Source: Scenedesmus sp. PABB004 (lineage: Eukaryota). Taken from it: a stretch of 64,000 nt of DNA. The position numbers and the translations under genes were made by a program. Below are positions 25,814-38,900 of this stretch, in pieces. The stretch is from the NCBI GenBank assembly GCA_014905635.1, contig JABVCE010000010.1, positions 248,001-312,000 of the forward strand, given 5' to 3'. The notes beneath the pieces were generated by a model. That model worked only from the letters and a program-made list of their open reading frames with translations. It did no database searches and was not told where the DNA came from. Position 1 is the first letter of the stretch. Every line of letters starts with the position of its first letter.

Positions 25814-26187
25814 CGCCTGCCCCGGCGGGGTGTGTTTTTGTGGGGCGCGGGCGCGCGCGAGCCGCCCTGCACAGAGCGCGCGGCGAAGAGAACGGGGGCA
25901 CGCGTGCGAGCTAGGCAGGCAGCGGGGGCGCAGGCAGTGGTTGCGGTAGGTAGGCATGCAGTGGCGGCAGGACTGGCTGGGGTGGGCGCGAGGGGGCTGG
26001 GGGCTTGCACGCGCCGCAGCCAGCGGCGCGCAGCGGCCTGTGCTGCTGCCGTGCCGCGCGGCGGCGCGTGGGGGGGGGGGCTCTCGACGCACGGCGCGCG
26101 CACACGCGCATGACGCTCGGCAGCCGCTGCAACAGTGGCGGCGATTACCCCGCCGGCGCCGGCAGCCGCGGGCGTTGGCGGGCCGCG

Positions 26188-26936
26188 TCACAGGCGCACG
26201 TAGCGGCGCTTGCGCGCGCGCACGAGCGGCAGCGCGCCGGCGAGCACCGCGGCCATGGCGAGCTCGAAATAGAGCAGGTTCAGCCCGCCCACGCTCACGC
26301 CTGCGCCCGGGCCGCCACCGCCGCCGCCGGGCGGCTCGGCGTCGGGCGGCTCGCTGTGCTCCGTGAGCGCCGCCGGCTCCGCTGCGGTGGCGGCAGCGCC
26401 GCTGCTGCTGCTGCTGCTGCTGTTGCTGCTGCTGTTGGCGTCAGCGCTTGCGCCCGCGGGCGCGCCCGCGGCGTCGCCCGGCGGCCGGCAGCTGCGCGAG
26501 AGGTGCACCGGCGACGCCTTGCGCGCGCCGCGCCGGCGCAGCGCGAGCTTGACCTGCGCGGCGGCAGGGCGTGAGCCGCCGCCGCGCGGCGCGGCCGGCG
26601 GCCGCGCCCGCGCGCCGGGCGCACCTGGTGCGGCTGCGCCTCGTCCGTGGCGCACGAGAGGTGCTCCGCGTGCCGCGTCGGGCGGCATGCCTCCGAGTCC
26701 ATGTGCTTGGCGAGGCAGGGCCGGCACTCGCTGGTGACGTTGCAGAACAGCTCCGTCTCGCCCGCCGCCAGACCGCGGCCGCCGCCGGCGCCAGCAGCGG
26801 CGTCGGGCAGCAGCGGCGGCGGTTGCTGCGCCTCGCGCGCCGCTGCGACCGCGCCGCGCGCTGCCAGCACTCCCGCCGCTCCCAGAAGCCAGGCCAGCCA
26901 GAGGGCGCGGGCGGGCGGGGCTCGCCGGCGTGGCAT
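26188..26936 (-). CDS. JTB (jumping translocation breakpoint)-like type I membrane protein
   Basis: Signal peptide, Cys pattern CNVTSECRPC-x8-CRPTRHAEHLSC...SRSC, TM segment LLYFELAMAAVLAGALPLV followed by RARKRR. Confidence 0.7.
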
Positions 26937-27334
26937 CGCGCGGCGGCGGCGTCGCGCGTTAGAGTCGAGCGGCGCGCAGCTGCGCGTGCTGGCGTGCGTG
27001 CGGGCTCTGGGCGCAGCGGTGGCGGGTGCCATGTGAGGGGGGCACAGCGGGCGGCCTTACGTGCTGCGGCGGCCGCGAGCGTGACGGCCGCGGTTTGGAC
27101 GCGACGCACCGCCGCCGGGTGCACCTGCCTGGCCGCCGCTGCCCCCCGGCGCGGACTGTCCGCCGCCGTCCGCGACGCCGTGGCCTTGCCGGCCGTCCCG
27201 GCATCCCTGCTCGCCGCCGGCCCTCTCTGCCGCCGCCGACATCACTGCTCCCGCCGCCCCGGCCGCCTCGCGGCCCGCCTGGCCGGCCCGCCGCGCCTCC
27301 CAGAGAGAAGGGAGCGACACACACCCGCGGCGCC

Positions 27335-27803
27335 ATGGAGCTTCCCGAGTCCCAGCGCCGGTGAGGCGCGGCGCACCGGAGCAGCGCCGGCGGCCGCCGC
27401 CGCCGTGGCGGCCGCCGCCGGCCCGCCCGCCGCCGTGGCGCCGTGCCGGCGCGCTTCGACGGCCGCCGCCACCGCGCTCGCCGACGGCCGCCGGGCGCCG
27501 CGCTCGCCCCGCCGCCACGCAGGGGGCGGCCGCTGAAGCAGGCGATCACGGAGTGCCAAGTCCGCTGGTTCCACGAGACGCAGGCGCTCGCGAACGAGGG
27601 CGACAGCGCGCAGATGGCGCTGCTGGGGCACATGCTCAACGCCGGCTACGGCTGCACCCCCGACGCGCAGGCGGCGCAGCACTGGTTTGGCGAGGCGAGC
27701 CGGCGGCTCGGCTACAACGTGCTGACCGACCAGCCGCCGCTCATGTGCGCGCCGGGGCCGGCGCCGCCGCCGCCCGCGGACGCGCCCGCGGCGCAGCAGC
27801 AAG

Positions 27804-27837
<34 letters not shown>

Positions 27838-28063
27838 GCACCAGCGGGGCGCAGCGGGCGCCGGCAGCAGCGGCAGCAGCACGCGCGCCCCGCGCGGCGG
27901 CACCGGCGGCACCGGCGGCGCCGGCGGCGGCGGAGCGGGACGGCAGACGAGCGGCGGCGGCGGCCTCACGCCGCCGCCGCCAGCCGCGACGCTGCAGCAG
28001 ATGGTCACACGCTCTGCAGCCGCGGCGGCGGCGGCGGCGGCGGCGGCGGACGCGCGGCGGTGA
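27335..28063 (+). CDS. Small Sel1-like repeat protein (plant-type uncharacterised family), one intron
   Basis: MELPESQRR|GRPLKQAITECQVRWFHETQALANEGDSAQMALLGHMLNAGYGC...AQHWF; intron 27361-27522. Confidence 0.8.
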
Positions 28064-28669
28064 CCAGTCAGCCGTCGTCCGCCAAAGGCAGCGCGGGCGG
28101 CGGCTCAGGCAAATCGTTCTCTGTGTGGCAGGGTCGGCGCCACCGCGGCGTTTTTGGGGCGTCGGCCGAGCTGGGCGGGGGGCTGCGGGGGCGCCGCTTC
28201 CGCGCAGAGCGTGTGACCACACCAACTCTGTGCCGCGTCGATTCGCCGGTGGGCGGCACGCGCGCCAGCCGGTCAGTCATCCACGCCCGCCCGCGCCGCT
28301 CGCCGCCGCCCTACCGTGGCTCAGGCGATGATCATCGGGCCGCGATTCCGACCACAAACCGATCACGTTTTGGCGCCCCACAGCACTGTGCGGTCAGCAG
28401 GGCGATCTGCACAGTTCCTCGCAACCAACTAGTTTGCGCTCGTTGAACGAGCAACAGCACCGCCCGCGCAAGGAGCAAGTCTGCCAGCACATGTGAAGGA
28501 GGAGTTCGCGCCACTCGGGGGAGCACTTGCTGGCACACAGTGTGTGCGTGTGTGTGTGTGTGGGGGGGGGGTGAGCAGGGTGAGGTTCGGGTGCGGGCAG
28601 CAAGTCAACGTGGTCAATCAAACACAGTCTTCAAACGCAGAGGGCGTCACCATCTGAGAGTTTGAGCGA

Positions 28670-31600
28670 TCACATGAACAACGCGGCTGCGTCACAGCGC
28701 GGGTCGGCGGGGGCGTCCACCGCCAGCTCCAGCCCGCGCGCGCGTGACGCCGCGACCAGCGCGGCGGCGCGCTGCGGGCTCAGCAGCTCGTCCGCGTTGC
28801 CGGCCAGCAGCAGGCACTGCAGCGCAAAGCCGTCGCCGCCGAACTTATCCCACAGCTCCGGCACCGCGCCTGTGAGGGCATTGCCGTCAAGTGCCAATAT
28901 CTGCAGCCGCCGCATGCTTATGTAGGTCGGCGGCAGACCGCCGGCCAGCGCGTTCCGCCCGGCGTCCAAAATGCGGAGCGCAGTGAGCGTCGTGAACACC
29001 GTGGGGAGCGGGCCAGACAGCCGGTTGCCGTGCACGGCCAGCACCTGCGGCGCGGCGGGGTGCAAAGGTGGGGCCAGCTGCAGGCGCGCACGAGCGCGGC
29101 GTGCCGGCGCAGCCCCCACCTTCAGCCGCCTGAGCGTCGCATATTCAGGCGGCAGGCTGCCGGTCAGTGAGTTGTTGCTCAGCACCAGCTCCTGCGCAGC
29201 GGCGGTGGGAGGGGCTGGCGGTCGGGGCCCCGCTCGCGAGCAGCCGCGCGGCCGCACAGCCCCAGCGTTCAGGGCCTAAACCCCGCCCGCGCAGCCCCCG
29301 CACCTGCAGCCGCGTGAGCTTTGCATACGCGGCCGGCAGCCCCCCGGTGAGGCCGTTGCCCTGCAGCCTCAGCACGCGCAGCTGCAGCATGCCCAGCTCC
29401 CCCGGGGGAGCAGCAGCCGCCGCCTCGAACACCGTCGCCGCCGCGCGCTGCGCCACGGCCGCGTGCTGCGAGGCCGCTGGCGCCACGCCGGCGCCACCGT
29501 CGAGCGGGCCAGGCCAGGCGCGGCGGCCACCCGCGGGCACGGTGCGCCCGCTGCTGGCGGCGCTCGCCGTTGCTGCATGAGTGCCCGACGCTGCCAGCGC
29601 ACGGATGGCCAGCGCGTCGGCCCACTGCTGGGGCAGCGGCCCGGACAGCGAAGCACCGCTGAGGTCCAGCACCTGCAGATTCGAGAGCAGGCCCCACTCC
29701 GGTGGCAGGCCGCCCGTGATGCCGGGGCAGCCTGTGGCGCGCAGCTCACGCAGCTGCTGCAGAGCTGCCCACACCGGCGGCAACGGCCCGGCCACGCCGG
29801 TGCGCGACACGTTGACAGCGCGCAGCGCGGGGAGGGCCGCCCAGGCAGCAGGCAGGGCACCAGTGAGGCCGGGGTTGTCTGTCAGGTCGAGTGCCTCAAG
29901 ACGTGCAAAGCCAGCCACGCCGCCGCGCTCGCCGCCGCCGACGTCGCCGGCCAGGCCGAGCCCGGCCAGGCTCAGCGCGCGCAGGTTGTCGAGGCCGCTG
30001 ATCGTGTCCAGCAGCACCCCGAGCTGCAGCGGCTTTGCCAGCGCGCCCAGGGGCGCCAGGTCGAGCCCTGACACACGGTGGCTCGCGTCGCAGCTGACGC
30101 CGGGCCAGGCACGGCAGTAGCGCGGCGGCGTGCTGGGGCCTGCGGCGGCGGCGGTGGCGTGTCAGGGCCTGGAGCGCATGTGCACGGCACATGTGCACCT
30201 GTGCTCCAGCACCCACTCGCGCAGGCGTCGCTCTCCCTGCCCTCCCTCCTCACCCGCGCCGCCCGGGTCAGATGTGTTCCAGGCGCCCAGCACGTCAGCG
30301 TCGCCGCCGGCGGCCAGCAGCTGCGCCTTGAGCGCGGCCAGCGCCGCCACGTCTGGGAAGTCGGGCGTCGCGCACGGCGGCGCCCAAAACAGCCGCCCGT
30401 CGCGCGTCCTGCTAGTCACGAGCAGGCCACCGGGCGCGCAGACGTCTGCGTCGACGCCCGTGCCATCAAGCGCGACTGCGCCGACGCTGAACCGCGCCCA
30501 CGAGAGCGGCACGTCGCCGACGATGCCGCTGTTGTTGACCAGGAAGGTGTTGAGGCCCGGCGGCATCACCGCTGCGCTCCCCCACTCGGGGGGCAGGCCG
30601 CCCGTGAGCGCGTTGCCGCTCAGGTCCAGGGACGCGAGCGTCGCCATGCCGGCGCCCCACTCGGGCGGCAGGCTGCCCGTGAGCGCGTTTCCGTCCAGCC
30701 AGACCTGCTTGACGCTGGCCCACCCGCCCCACGCCGCAGGCAGCGGGCCTCTCACGCCGCTGTGGGACAAGGAGAGCTTCATCAGGCGCGGCGCCGCGGC
30801 CGCGAGCCCGGGCGGCAGCGCGCGGTCGCGCGCCGGCAGCTCGGCGGTCAGCGCGCGTGCGCCGCTCTGGTCCAGGTACAGCGTCTCCAGGTGCGGCAGC
30901 GCGCGCGCCAGCTCGGGCAGCACGGTGAGGTTGAGCGCGAGGCCTGCGCCCATGACGTCGACCACGTACTCTGCAAAGTTGATGGACGCGACGCGAAAGT
31001 GCAGCGTGCCCGGCCCCTCATGCTCCATGGTCGCGAGGTAGGCAGACTCCTGCTCGCTGCGTACGAGCCGGCCCAGGTCGGCGACCGTGCCCAGCGCACG
31101 CGAAATGAGGTCGTCGTAGGCACCGGGCGCGCCGTCCGCGACGCCGCCGCTCAGCAGCGCGCGCGGCAGCAGCGCGCCCAGCGCGCGCAGCTGCGCCGCA
31201 GCGACGTCGCCGGCGTCGGTCGCGCACAGCCCGACCATGCGCGTGCCGCTGTAGGTCAGCTGGAGTGCCGGGGAGAGGGGCACGCAGCCCGAGAGCTGCC
31301 GGTTGCCATCCAGCGCCATCTCGCGCAGCGAAAAAAGCTTGGCAAACGTCGCCGGGAAGTCTCCCTGCAGCCGGTTGGCGCTGAGGTCGATGCTGTGGAT
31401 CGCCCTGAACTCGCTCCAGCGCCGCGGAATGTCGCCGCCGAAAGCGTTGCGCGCGAGGTTCAGCGAGCGCAGCTCGGGCCAGGCGGGCAGTTCGACGCTG
31501 AGCCGGCCGCCCAGGCGGTTGCCGGAGAGGTCGAGCGACGCAAGGCGGCTCCCCGCGCCGCGCGCCGTCCAGGCGCGGGGGATGCCGCCGCTGAGCCCGC

Positions 31601-34177
31601 ACGCGTCGCCCTGCGGGTCGACAAAGTTGGCCGCGTCAATGGGCGGCTTGATCTCCACGTCCGTCACGTTGGACCACGACGCCAGCAGCTGCTCCGGCAG
31701 CGTGCCGGTCAGGCAGTAGGCGTTTACCAAAAGTTTCCGCATGTGCCGCAGCGCGCCCAGCTGCGGGGGCAGCTCGCCGCTGTAGAGGACCAGCGTGAGA
31801 GTCTCCAGGTTCTCAAAGCCGAGCAGCGCCGCGGCCAGGTCGGGGGTGAACGACGGCAGCATGGTGGCCTGCACCTCACCTGCCGCGACGGGGGCAAAAA
31901 AGAGGTCCACCACGGTGTGTGGCGCCCCAGGGGTGCAGTGCACGGCCAGCTGCAATTGGGTACCCCTGCAGAGCGGTGCGGCGCGTTGGCCGCCGCGGCG
32001 CGCTGCACCGAGGCTGACAACGCGGGCGGGGCCGCGCTGCCACGCACGGCACGTCCAGGGGCGTGAAGCCCCAAGCTTGTCCCGGCTCGTTGCATTGCAG
32101 GAAGGGCAGCTCCGCGCTGGCACCCAGCCCAAGCGCAGACATGAGCGCCCGCACAGCGTTGGCCTCGCTGTCGGGCATGGCCATGGCGCGCTCCGCGTCG
32201 GTCCACTGGGGCTCGTCCAGCATGTACGCCACGCGGTCAAACTCCGCAAAGCTGCCCCAGGCCGCGTTGCACACGCGCAGCGCCGCGCCGGCGGGCAGAG
32301 CGGCGGTCACGTTGACGTCCTGGAGGTGCAGGGCGCACCCCACCACGCCCTTGGCCGTGCACGCGGCGTTGCCCGCGCCGCTGGGCTCGGCGCTGTCGCA
32401 CACCACGTCGGTGGCGCCGCCGGTCGCGTCGTACGCGGTGCAGTGGAAACGCGGCGCCGCCGCGCCCGACATGTCTGTGCCGGCGGCCACCACAGCAATC
32501 GCGCGCGCCATCTCTTCGCCGCGCAGGGTGAGCGGGAATCGGTAGACAACGTCGCTGACCTGCCCGGTCACGCCGACATTGTCCCTCACCAGCGCACGAA
32601 TGTCAACCTTAAAGTGGTCGGCCAGCGCAGCCACCGTGTCGCCGGGCTGCGCGGTGTAGGTGACGCAGGTCGGCTCGTTGCGCACCGAGGTCACGGGCTT
32701 GCGCCGGGCGCGTGCGTACGGGCGCTCGCCGTGCATGTTGCCGGGCCTGCCGGCCGCCGGCTCGCACGCCAGGGCGTAGGTCTTGTCGGGCGTGCCGATG
32801 CCTACGTGCACGCAGGGGTCATGTGCCCAGGCCGGGGCAGGTGGCGGCTGGTCAGCGGCCAGCTGGTGCCGCTAGCTGTCCCCCCCCCCCCCGCGCCCGG
32901 CCGCGCGCCAGCGCCGCGCCAGCTCCGCCGCCTTGAGCGCCCCCGGCGGGCGCGCGCCGCCTCACCCAGCAGCCCCATGCTGACGCGGGCGAGGCCGTCC
33001 GCGGTGACGCCGCCGCGCAGGTGCTGCTGCTGCGGGTCGGCGCCGGCGCCCCAGCTGTTGAGTATTGTCCACGTGAAGTCTTCGTTGTTGTACCCCACAA
33101 TCACGGCGGCGTGTCCGAAGAGCGCCTTGGCGGAGGCATTGAAGCGGTACGGCGGCGCCGCCAGGCCGCTCACGGCGCGCAGGGAGCTGTTGAACTGGAC
33201 CTCCCAGTCGTCGGGCACGATGATCCGTGTGATCGCCGCGCCGCTCTGCCGGATGTGGGCTTGGATCTGGTGGAACGAGCTGAGGCTCTTGTAGGTACAG
33301 CGGTAAAGCGGCCGCCCCCGGGCAATGTCCCGGCAGCTGCGGTCCGCCGAGTCGGCGCTCGCCGCGGCGCACGTGGGCGCCCAGTCGTCCACGTCGGGCT
33401 CTTCAATGGGCTGCAGCGCCGCGAGCGCGTGGTCGAAGCAGTGCGCGGGCAGGAGCCACTGTGGGTTGACCTCGAGCCGCGACAGCGCCGGCGGGATGTC
33501 CCAGCCCGTCTGGCAGGTGCGGCCGCCCCTGCACGGCGGGGCGGCGTGCGGTCGGTGTGCGTGTGTGTGTGGGGGGGGGGGGTGCCAGTGTGGATGCCCC
33601 CGCCCTCTCCCCCCTCCCTCTCACTGCAGGCAGTAGTAGAGCGCAAGGGGCGACACCTCCACCTCGGACGCATCCACGTCCAGCGTCTGCGCAAGGCTGA
33701 TGGTGGCCGCCGCGGCGACCGCCTGCCCCACGCACGACGCGCACGAGCGCTGGTTGAGCGGCGCCGGCAGGTAGCTGCGCCGGCCGGGCGTGTGCGTGGC
33801 GTTGGAGCTCTCGTACTTGAGGGGCGAACCGGCGATGTAGTAAGCGGCCGCCTGCAGCTGCTCAAAGTCGCGCAGTGAGCCAAAGCCGCCCAGCTTGCTG
33901 ACGCCCGTGCCGCCCCTGCCGCGGCCGCGGCCGCCCAGGCCGGCGATCCCTGCGCGCGGCGGCGGCAGCGGGCCGTCGTCACCCGCCGGAGGCGTCACCC
34001 GCAGCGCCGCTTCCCGGATCGCCGGAGCTCACCTAGGGCGTCCTCGAACTCTTCAAAGGCGGATGCGGTCGCTGCCGCGCTCGCACCTAGGCTATCGGCG
34101 TCGACAGCCAGCCCCTGCCCCTGGACACGCGCAATCGCGGTCAGAATCACCGCCAGCAGGAGAACAAGATGTCGCAT
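28670..34177 (-). CDS. Secreted multidomain protein: papain-like cysteine peptidase (C1A) + LysM + multiple LRRNT/LRR modules
   Basis: Signal peptide MRHLVLLLAVILTAIARVQG; NQRSCASC, GHAAVIVGY, LNSWG; LysM CVTYTAQPGDTVAALADHFKVDIRALVRDN; many LxxLxLxxNxLxGxLPxxW repeats; exons join in frame via GT-AG introns. Confidence 0.85.
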
Positions 34178-34580
34178 GCCGTGGGCGGCGCGGCGGGAGG
34201 CTCGGGAGGCTCGGGCGGCGCGGCGAGTTTCGCAGTTTGGCATCGTCACGAAAGCCGTCGCCCGGCGCGCCCGCAGCACGGCAGCATGCCCGGAACCGCC
34301 AGTTGATGGCAAAGGTTCGTGTAACACCTGTCGCGACCTGTCGACCGACGATGTGCGCGCAATCGCACTGGCGGCTGCCGCGACGAAGGTGGAGCCGTGC
34401 TGGCGCTTGGTGTGCTTGAGACGTGTTCGTTCGCTTTCCCTGCCTGCTGTGATGCTGGAAGATGCCGTTCGGTGACGTTCGGGAGCCACGGTTAGGCGGC
34501 GACGGCACGACGGCAACAAACAAAGACCAAGGACGCGGAGCCGCGTGTTTTGCTTCGCGCGCCGCGCGTCACTCACTCAC

Positions 34581-35661
34581 TCACACCCAGTCGTCATCGA
34601 GGCGCCCGCCCTCACCACTCGCGCTCGCGCCGCCGCCAGCGCCGCCGCCGGCGCCGGCGAGCAGCCCCGCGGCGCCCGCGAGCGCCGCCGCCGCGCCGCT
34701 GGCGGCGCCGCCGCCGCTGCTGAACGATGCCGCCCGGTGCATGAACGGGCTGGGCGTGAGCGCCGCGGCGCCGGCGGCCGACGCCGCGTAGCGGCGCTCC
34801 CACAGGCCGCCGAGGAACTGCTGCAGCGTGTCCCAGTCGAGCGCGCCCGTCGCGGCCGACGCGCTGATGCCCTTGACGTGCTGCGCCGCCATCTCCGGCG
34901 CGAGGCTCGCCTCCGACGGCGCGCGCCGGCCGCGCAGGCCGCCGAGCAGCCCGCGCTGCCACCAGCTGCCGCAGCCGCCGCGCGCGAGCGCCTGCGCGCA
35001 CGCGGCGTTGATGATCGCCGGCAGCGCCGCGGCGCCGCCGCCGGCGCCGCCGGCGCTCGGGCGCAGGCGGTCGGCCTTGTTCCCGACGACCAGCACCGGC
35101 ACGGGCAGCCCGCCGATGTTGCGCGCGGCGAGCTCGTCCGCAAACGGCGCGACGAAGCTGCCGCCGCGCGCGACCTCGGCCGCCCAGCGCGGCAGGCGCG
35201 CGAGCGAGGCGCGCGAGGTGAGGTCATAGACCAGCACCACGCCGTTGACCTGCCGGTAAAACACGCGCCGCAGCGCGCCGTACTTGGGCTGCCCGCTGAC
35301 GTCCCAGAGCTCCACGAAGAAGCGCCGCGCCGGGTCGGCGCCGGCGCCAGCGCCGCCGGGGCCGCCGCCGCTGGGCGTGTCGACCAGCTTCACGTGGATG
35401 TGGCACCCCGCGGTCGACCGCGACGACTTGGCCGGCGCGCCGTTGGCGATCAGCTCCGTCAGCGCTGACTGCGCGAGCGGCGGCGCTGGCGGCGGCGGCG
35501 GCGCGGCGGCTCGGCTGCTGCCCCGCGCGCGCGCGCCGCGCCAGGCTCGCCAACGCGGCGCAGCGGCGCGCCTTGCCGACGCCCGGCTCGCCGACCACGA
35601 CCACGCGTATGCTGCCCAGCAGCGGCTCTTCCGGCGCCACGGGCTTGGTGGGCAGGAACAT
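34581..35661 (-). CDS. LIP1: Small GTPase LIP1/RABL3-like
   Basis: RVVVVGEPGVGK|S, FFVELWDVSGQ, GGLPVPVLVVGNKAD, all resembling plant LIP1. Confidence 0.85.
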
Positions 35662-36008
35662 GGCGGCGCGGCGGGCGCACGGCCCGCGCTCACATCGCGC
35701 CGCTGCTCGCCGCTGCTGGCCGCTGCTCCGCCGCCAGCGCGCGGCCCCGCAGCGGCCGCAGCCCGGGCCGGCGTCCCCCCCGGCGATCGGGATGACGCTT
35801 GGGCAGCTCCCGGGCGCGCACAGCGACCCAGGCGGGCGGCGCGTGTGGGCGCGGTGCTCAACAACCAGCGGCGACAGCTGCGCAAAGAAGGGCCTGCTGC
35901 GCGTGCGGGCGGGTTGCGGGCTGGGCGTGGCTGGCGCACATGGAGGACGCCGTCCTGGCACACGACGCGTTGCGAGCGGTTCAGGTTCCGCGCTGCGGTT
36001 GACGCAGC

Positions 36009-38832
36009 TCACGCCGCCACGCCCTCGCCGCCGCCCGCCGCGGTGTCCGCCTCCTCGCCGCCGCCGCCGTCGTTGCCGTCGCCGCCCTCGCCGCCGCCGT
36101 CGGCCGAGCCGCCGGCGGAGGGCGCGGCCGAGGCGCCGCCGCCGTCGCCGCCGCCGGGCGGCGCCGCGGTGGCGGCCGTGCCCGCGGCGCCGCCGCCCGC
36201 GGCGGCGGCGGAGCGCCGCCGGCCCCACTTGTCCTCCGCCTCCTCCGGCGGCGTGTTGGCGAGCCAGCCCGCCGAGCAGAGCAGCTCCCACACGCGCGCG
36301 GAGCGCGAGGGGTCAAGCCGGAAGAACGACCGCGCCTGCCGGGTGCGCGCGGCGCGGGGCGGGCCAGGTGGGCGGGCGAGGCCCCCGTGGCGGGCGGCCG
36401 AGGCAGCGCCAACGGGGCGGGCAGGGCGGCCGCCCGGCCTCCCCACGCCGGCGGCGGCAGGCGGGCGTGCCACGCGGCGCGGCGCGGCGCGGCGTGGCGC
36501 AGCGCGCGGCGCGGCGCAGCGCGAGGCGCGGCGCGGCGCGGCGCGGTGCGTGGCGCTGCGCCGCGCCGCTCACGTCTGCGCGCGTGATCTTGCCGTGCAC
36601 CTCCGCGTCGCGCATCATGACGTCTTTGAGGCTCAGGTAGTGCGCCGGCAGCAGCCGCCCGCCCGCGCACAGCTCCGCCTCGCGCGCGCTCAGCGCCTCG
36701 ACGCCGGGCAGGCCCGAGATGTCGAGCGCGACGCCGCGGCGCTGGCGCCAGACGTTGAGCGCCGACGCGGTCGACCGGTAGCCGCCAAGGCCGGACGGCC
36801 CGCCGCCGCCGGGGCCGGGCGGGGCTGCGTGGCGCGGCGCGGCGCGGCGCGGCGCGGGCGGGCGGGGGGTCGGGCCGGCTGCGCGCGCGGCGGCCGGCGC
36901 GGCGGCGCGCGGCGTGGCGCGGCGTGCGGCGCGAGGGGCGGCGCACCTCGTCGCCGAGCGCGGCGCCCTGCTTGGCCTCGCGCTTCTTCTTGGCCGCCGC
37001 ATCCAGCTCAGCGTCCTCAATCTGCGCGGCGCGGCGCGGTGCGGCGCTGCGGTCGGCCGCCGGCGGCGCGCGCAGCGGGCCCGCCGACCCAGCACCCCTC
37101 CCAACTGCACGGGGCCGCCGCGCGCCGCGCACCTCGGCCATCGTGCGCCGCCCCGCGGCGCGGTGCGCCTGCAGCTCCGCGATGCGCGTGCGCAGGCGGC
37201 TCTCCGTGAGCAGCCCCTCGACCAGGCCCTCGTGGCTGCCCGGCGGCGCGTAGCTGCGCCGGGGCGGCGGCGGCGGCGCTCGCGTCAGCACAGCGGCGCC
37301 GCACAGCGCGGCGGCGGCGGCCGCCGCGGCGGCGCGCGCGCAAGCACGCACGCACCGCGCAAAGACGCGCATCTGCGCGTGGCGCTCGCGCTCGCCGGCC
37401 ATGCGGCGGCGGTCGATTCCCTGCATGCGGCGCACGTTGAGCAGGCCGTGCTCCAGGATGAACGCACACCGGCGCTCGCGCTGCGCGGGGAGCAGCGCGC
37501 GGGGGGCGGCGGCGGGCGGGCGTCGGGCGGCCGCGCCGGGCGGCCCTCGGGCGGCGCAGGCGCGGCGGGCGGTCGCCCGCGGCCTCGGCGGCGCGCGGGC
37601 CGTGCGCGGGCGAGGGCCCCGCCACGGCGCGGCGCACCTCGTCGAGGCGGCGGTTGTAGATCTCGAGCAGCCGCAGCTTCGCGTCGCGCTCCGCGGGCGG
37701 CTCGTCCTCCCTGAACTCAATCTCGGCGATCGCCGCCTCGGCGTCGTTGTCCCACTCGGGCTCAAACTCACAGCGCCGCGCGTGCCAACCTGGCGCCGGC
37801 AGCGCAGCGCCGCGGCGGTCGGCGGGCGGCGGGGTGGGCAGGCGCGCCTGCGGCAGCGGCCTGCGCGCGTGGCCGCGCGCGGCGCGGCGCGGCGCACCCG
37901 TCATCATCTCGAGCTGCGGCCCCGCGCTGCGCACGGGCGGCGCGCTGCCGCTCACGGCGCCCGCTGCGGCCGCGGCTGCGGCCGCGGCCGCGGCCGCCGC
38001 GCCGCCCTGCGCCGCCAGCTGCCCGGGCACGGCCGGCGTCGGCGGCCGGCCCTCAGCAGCGCCGCCGCCAGCTGCTGCGGCCGCTGCCGCGCCGGCGTCG
38101 CCGCTGGGCTGCTGCTGCCCGGCCGGCTGCTTGTCCGCCTGCTGCGGGTGCTTGCTGAGGCCGCCGGCGGCGGGGTGCTCGGCCGCCGCCGGCGCCTCCG
38201 CGGCCGCGTCGCCCTCCACCCGCTGCCGCTTGGCGCCCTTACCCAGCGCCCGCGGGGAGGCGACAGCTTCGCTCTCCTGCTTGGGCGCCGCCGCCTGCTG
38301 CTGCTCCTGCTGCTGCCCGCCAGGCTGCTGCTGCTGCAGCTGCCTGCCCGCCTGCTCCTGCTTCACGCCGCCGCCGCCCGCGCCGTCCTCCTGCTTGACG
38401 GCCGCCGCCGCCGCCGCCGCCCCCGCCGCGGCCGCGTCCTCCGGGCGCACGCGCTTGCGCCCGCAGTTGCTCTTCGCGATCGCCGCCAGCTTCGCGACGT
38501 CCAGCTGCGCGGCGCCGCGGCGCGGCACGGCGCGGCGCGGCGGCGGGTCGGCAACCAAACAGGGCGGCGGCGGGGCGCGCCGCCGCCGCGCGGCGCCGCC
38601 GCCGCTGGCTTATCGGCTCACCCCGGCCATCTCTGGCGCGGGCGTGGGCAGCGGGCAGGAGGGGGGGTCGATGTAGATCTGGTAGTAGTGCGCCTGGCAG
38701 GAGGCCTTGGACTTGGTGCCCACGTGCTCCGCGACCGCCGCCCAGTTGCCCATGCCTGCGCGGCGCGACCGCCGCCACGGGCGTCAGCGCGCCCCGGCGC
38801 GCCGCGCGCCCCGCGGGCGCGGCCCGTGCCCT

Positions 38833-38900
<68 letters not shown>

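Noticed and set aside
31960..32060. Frame change between the LysM and LRR ORFs suggesting a pseudogene
   Set aside because: Resolved by a canonical GT-AG intron (GTGCGT...CTGCAG)
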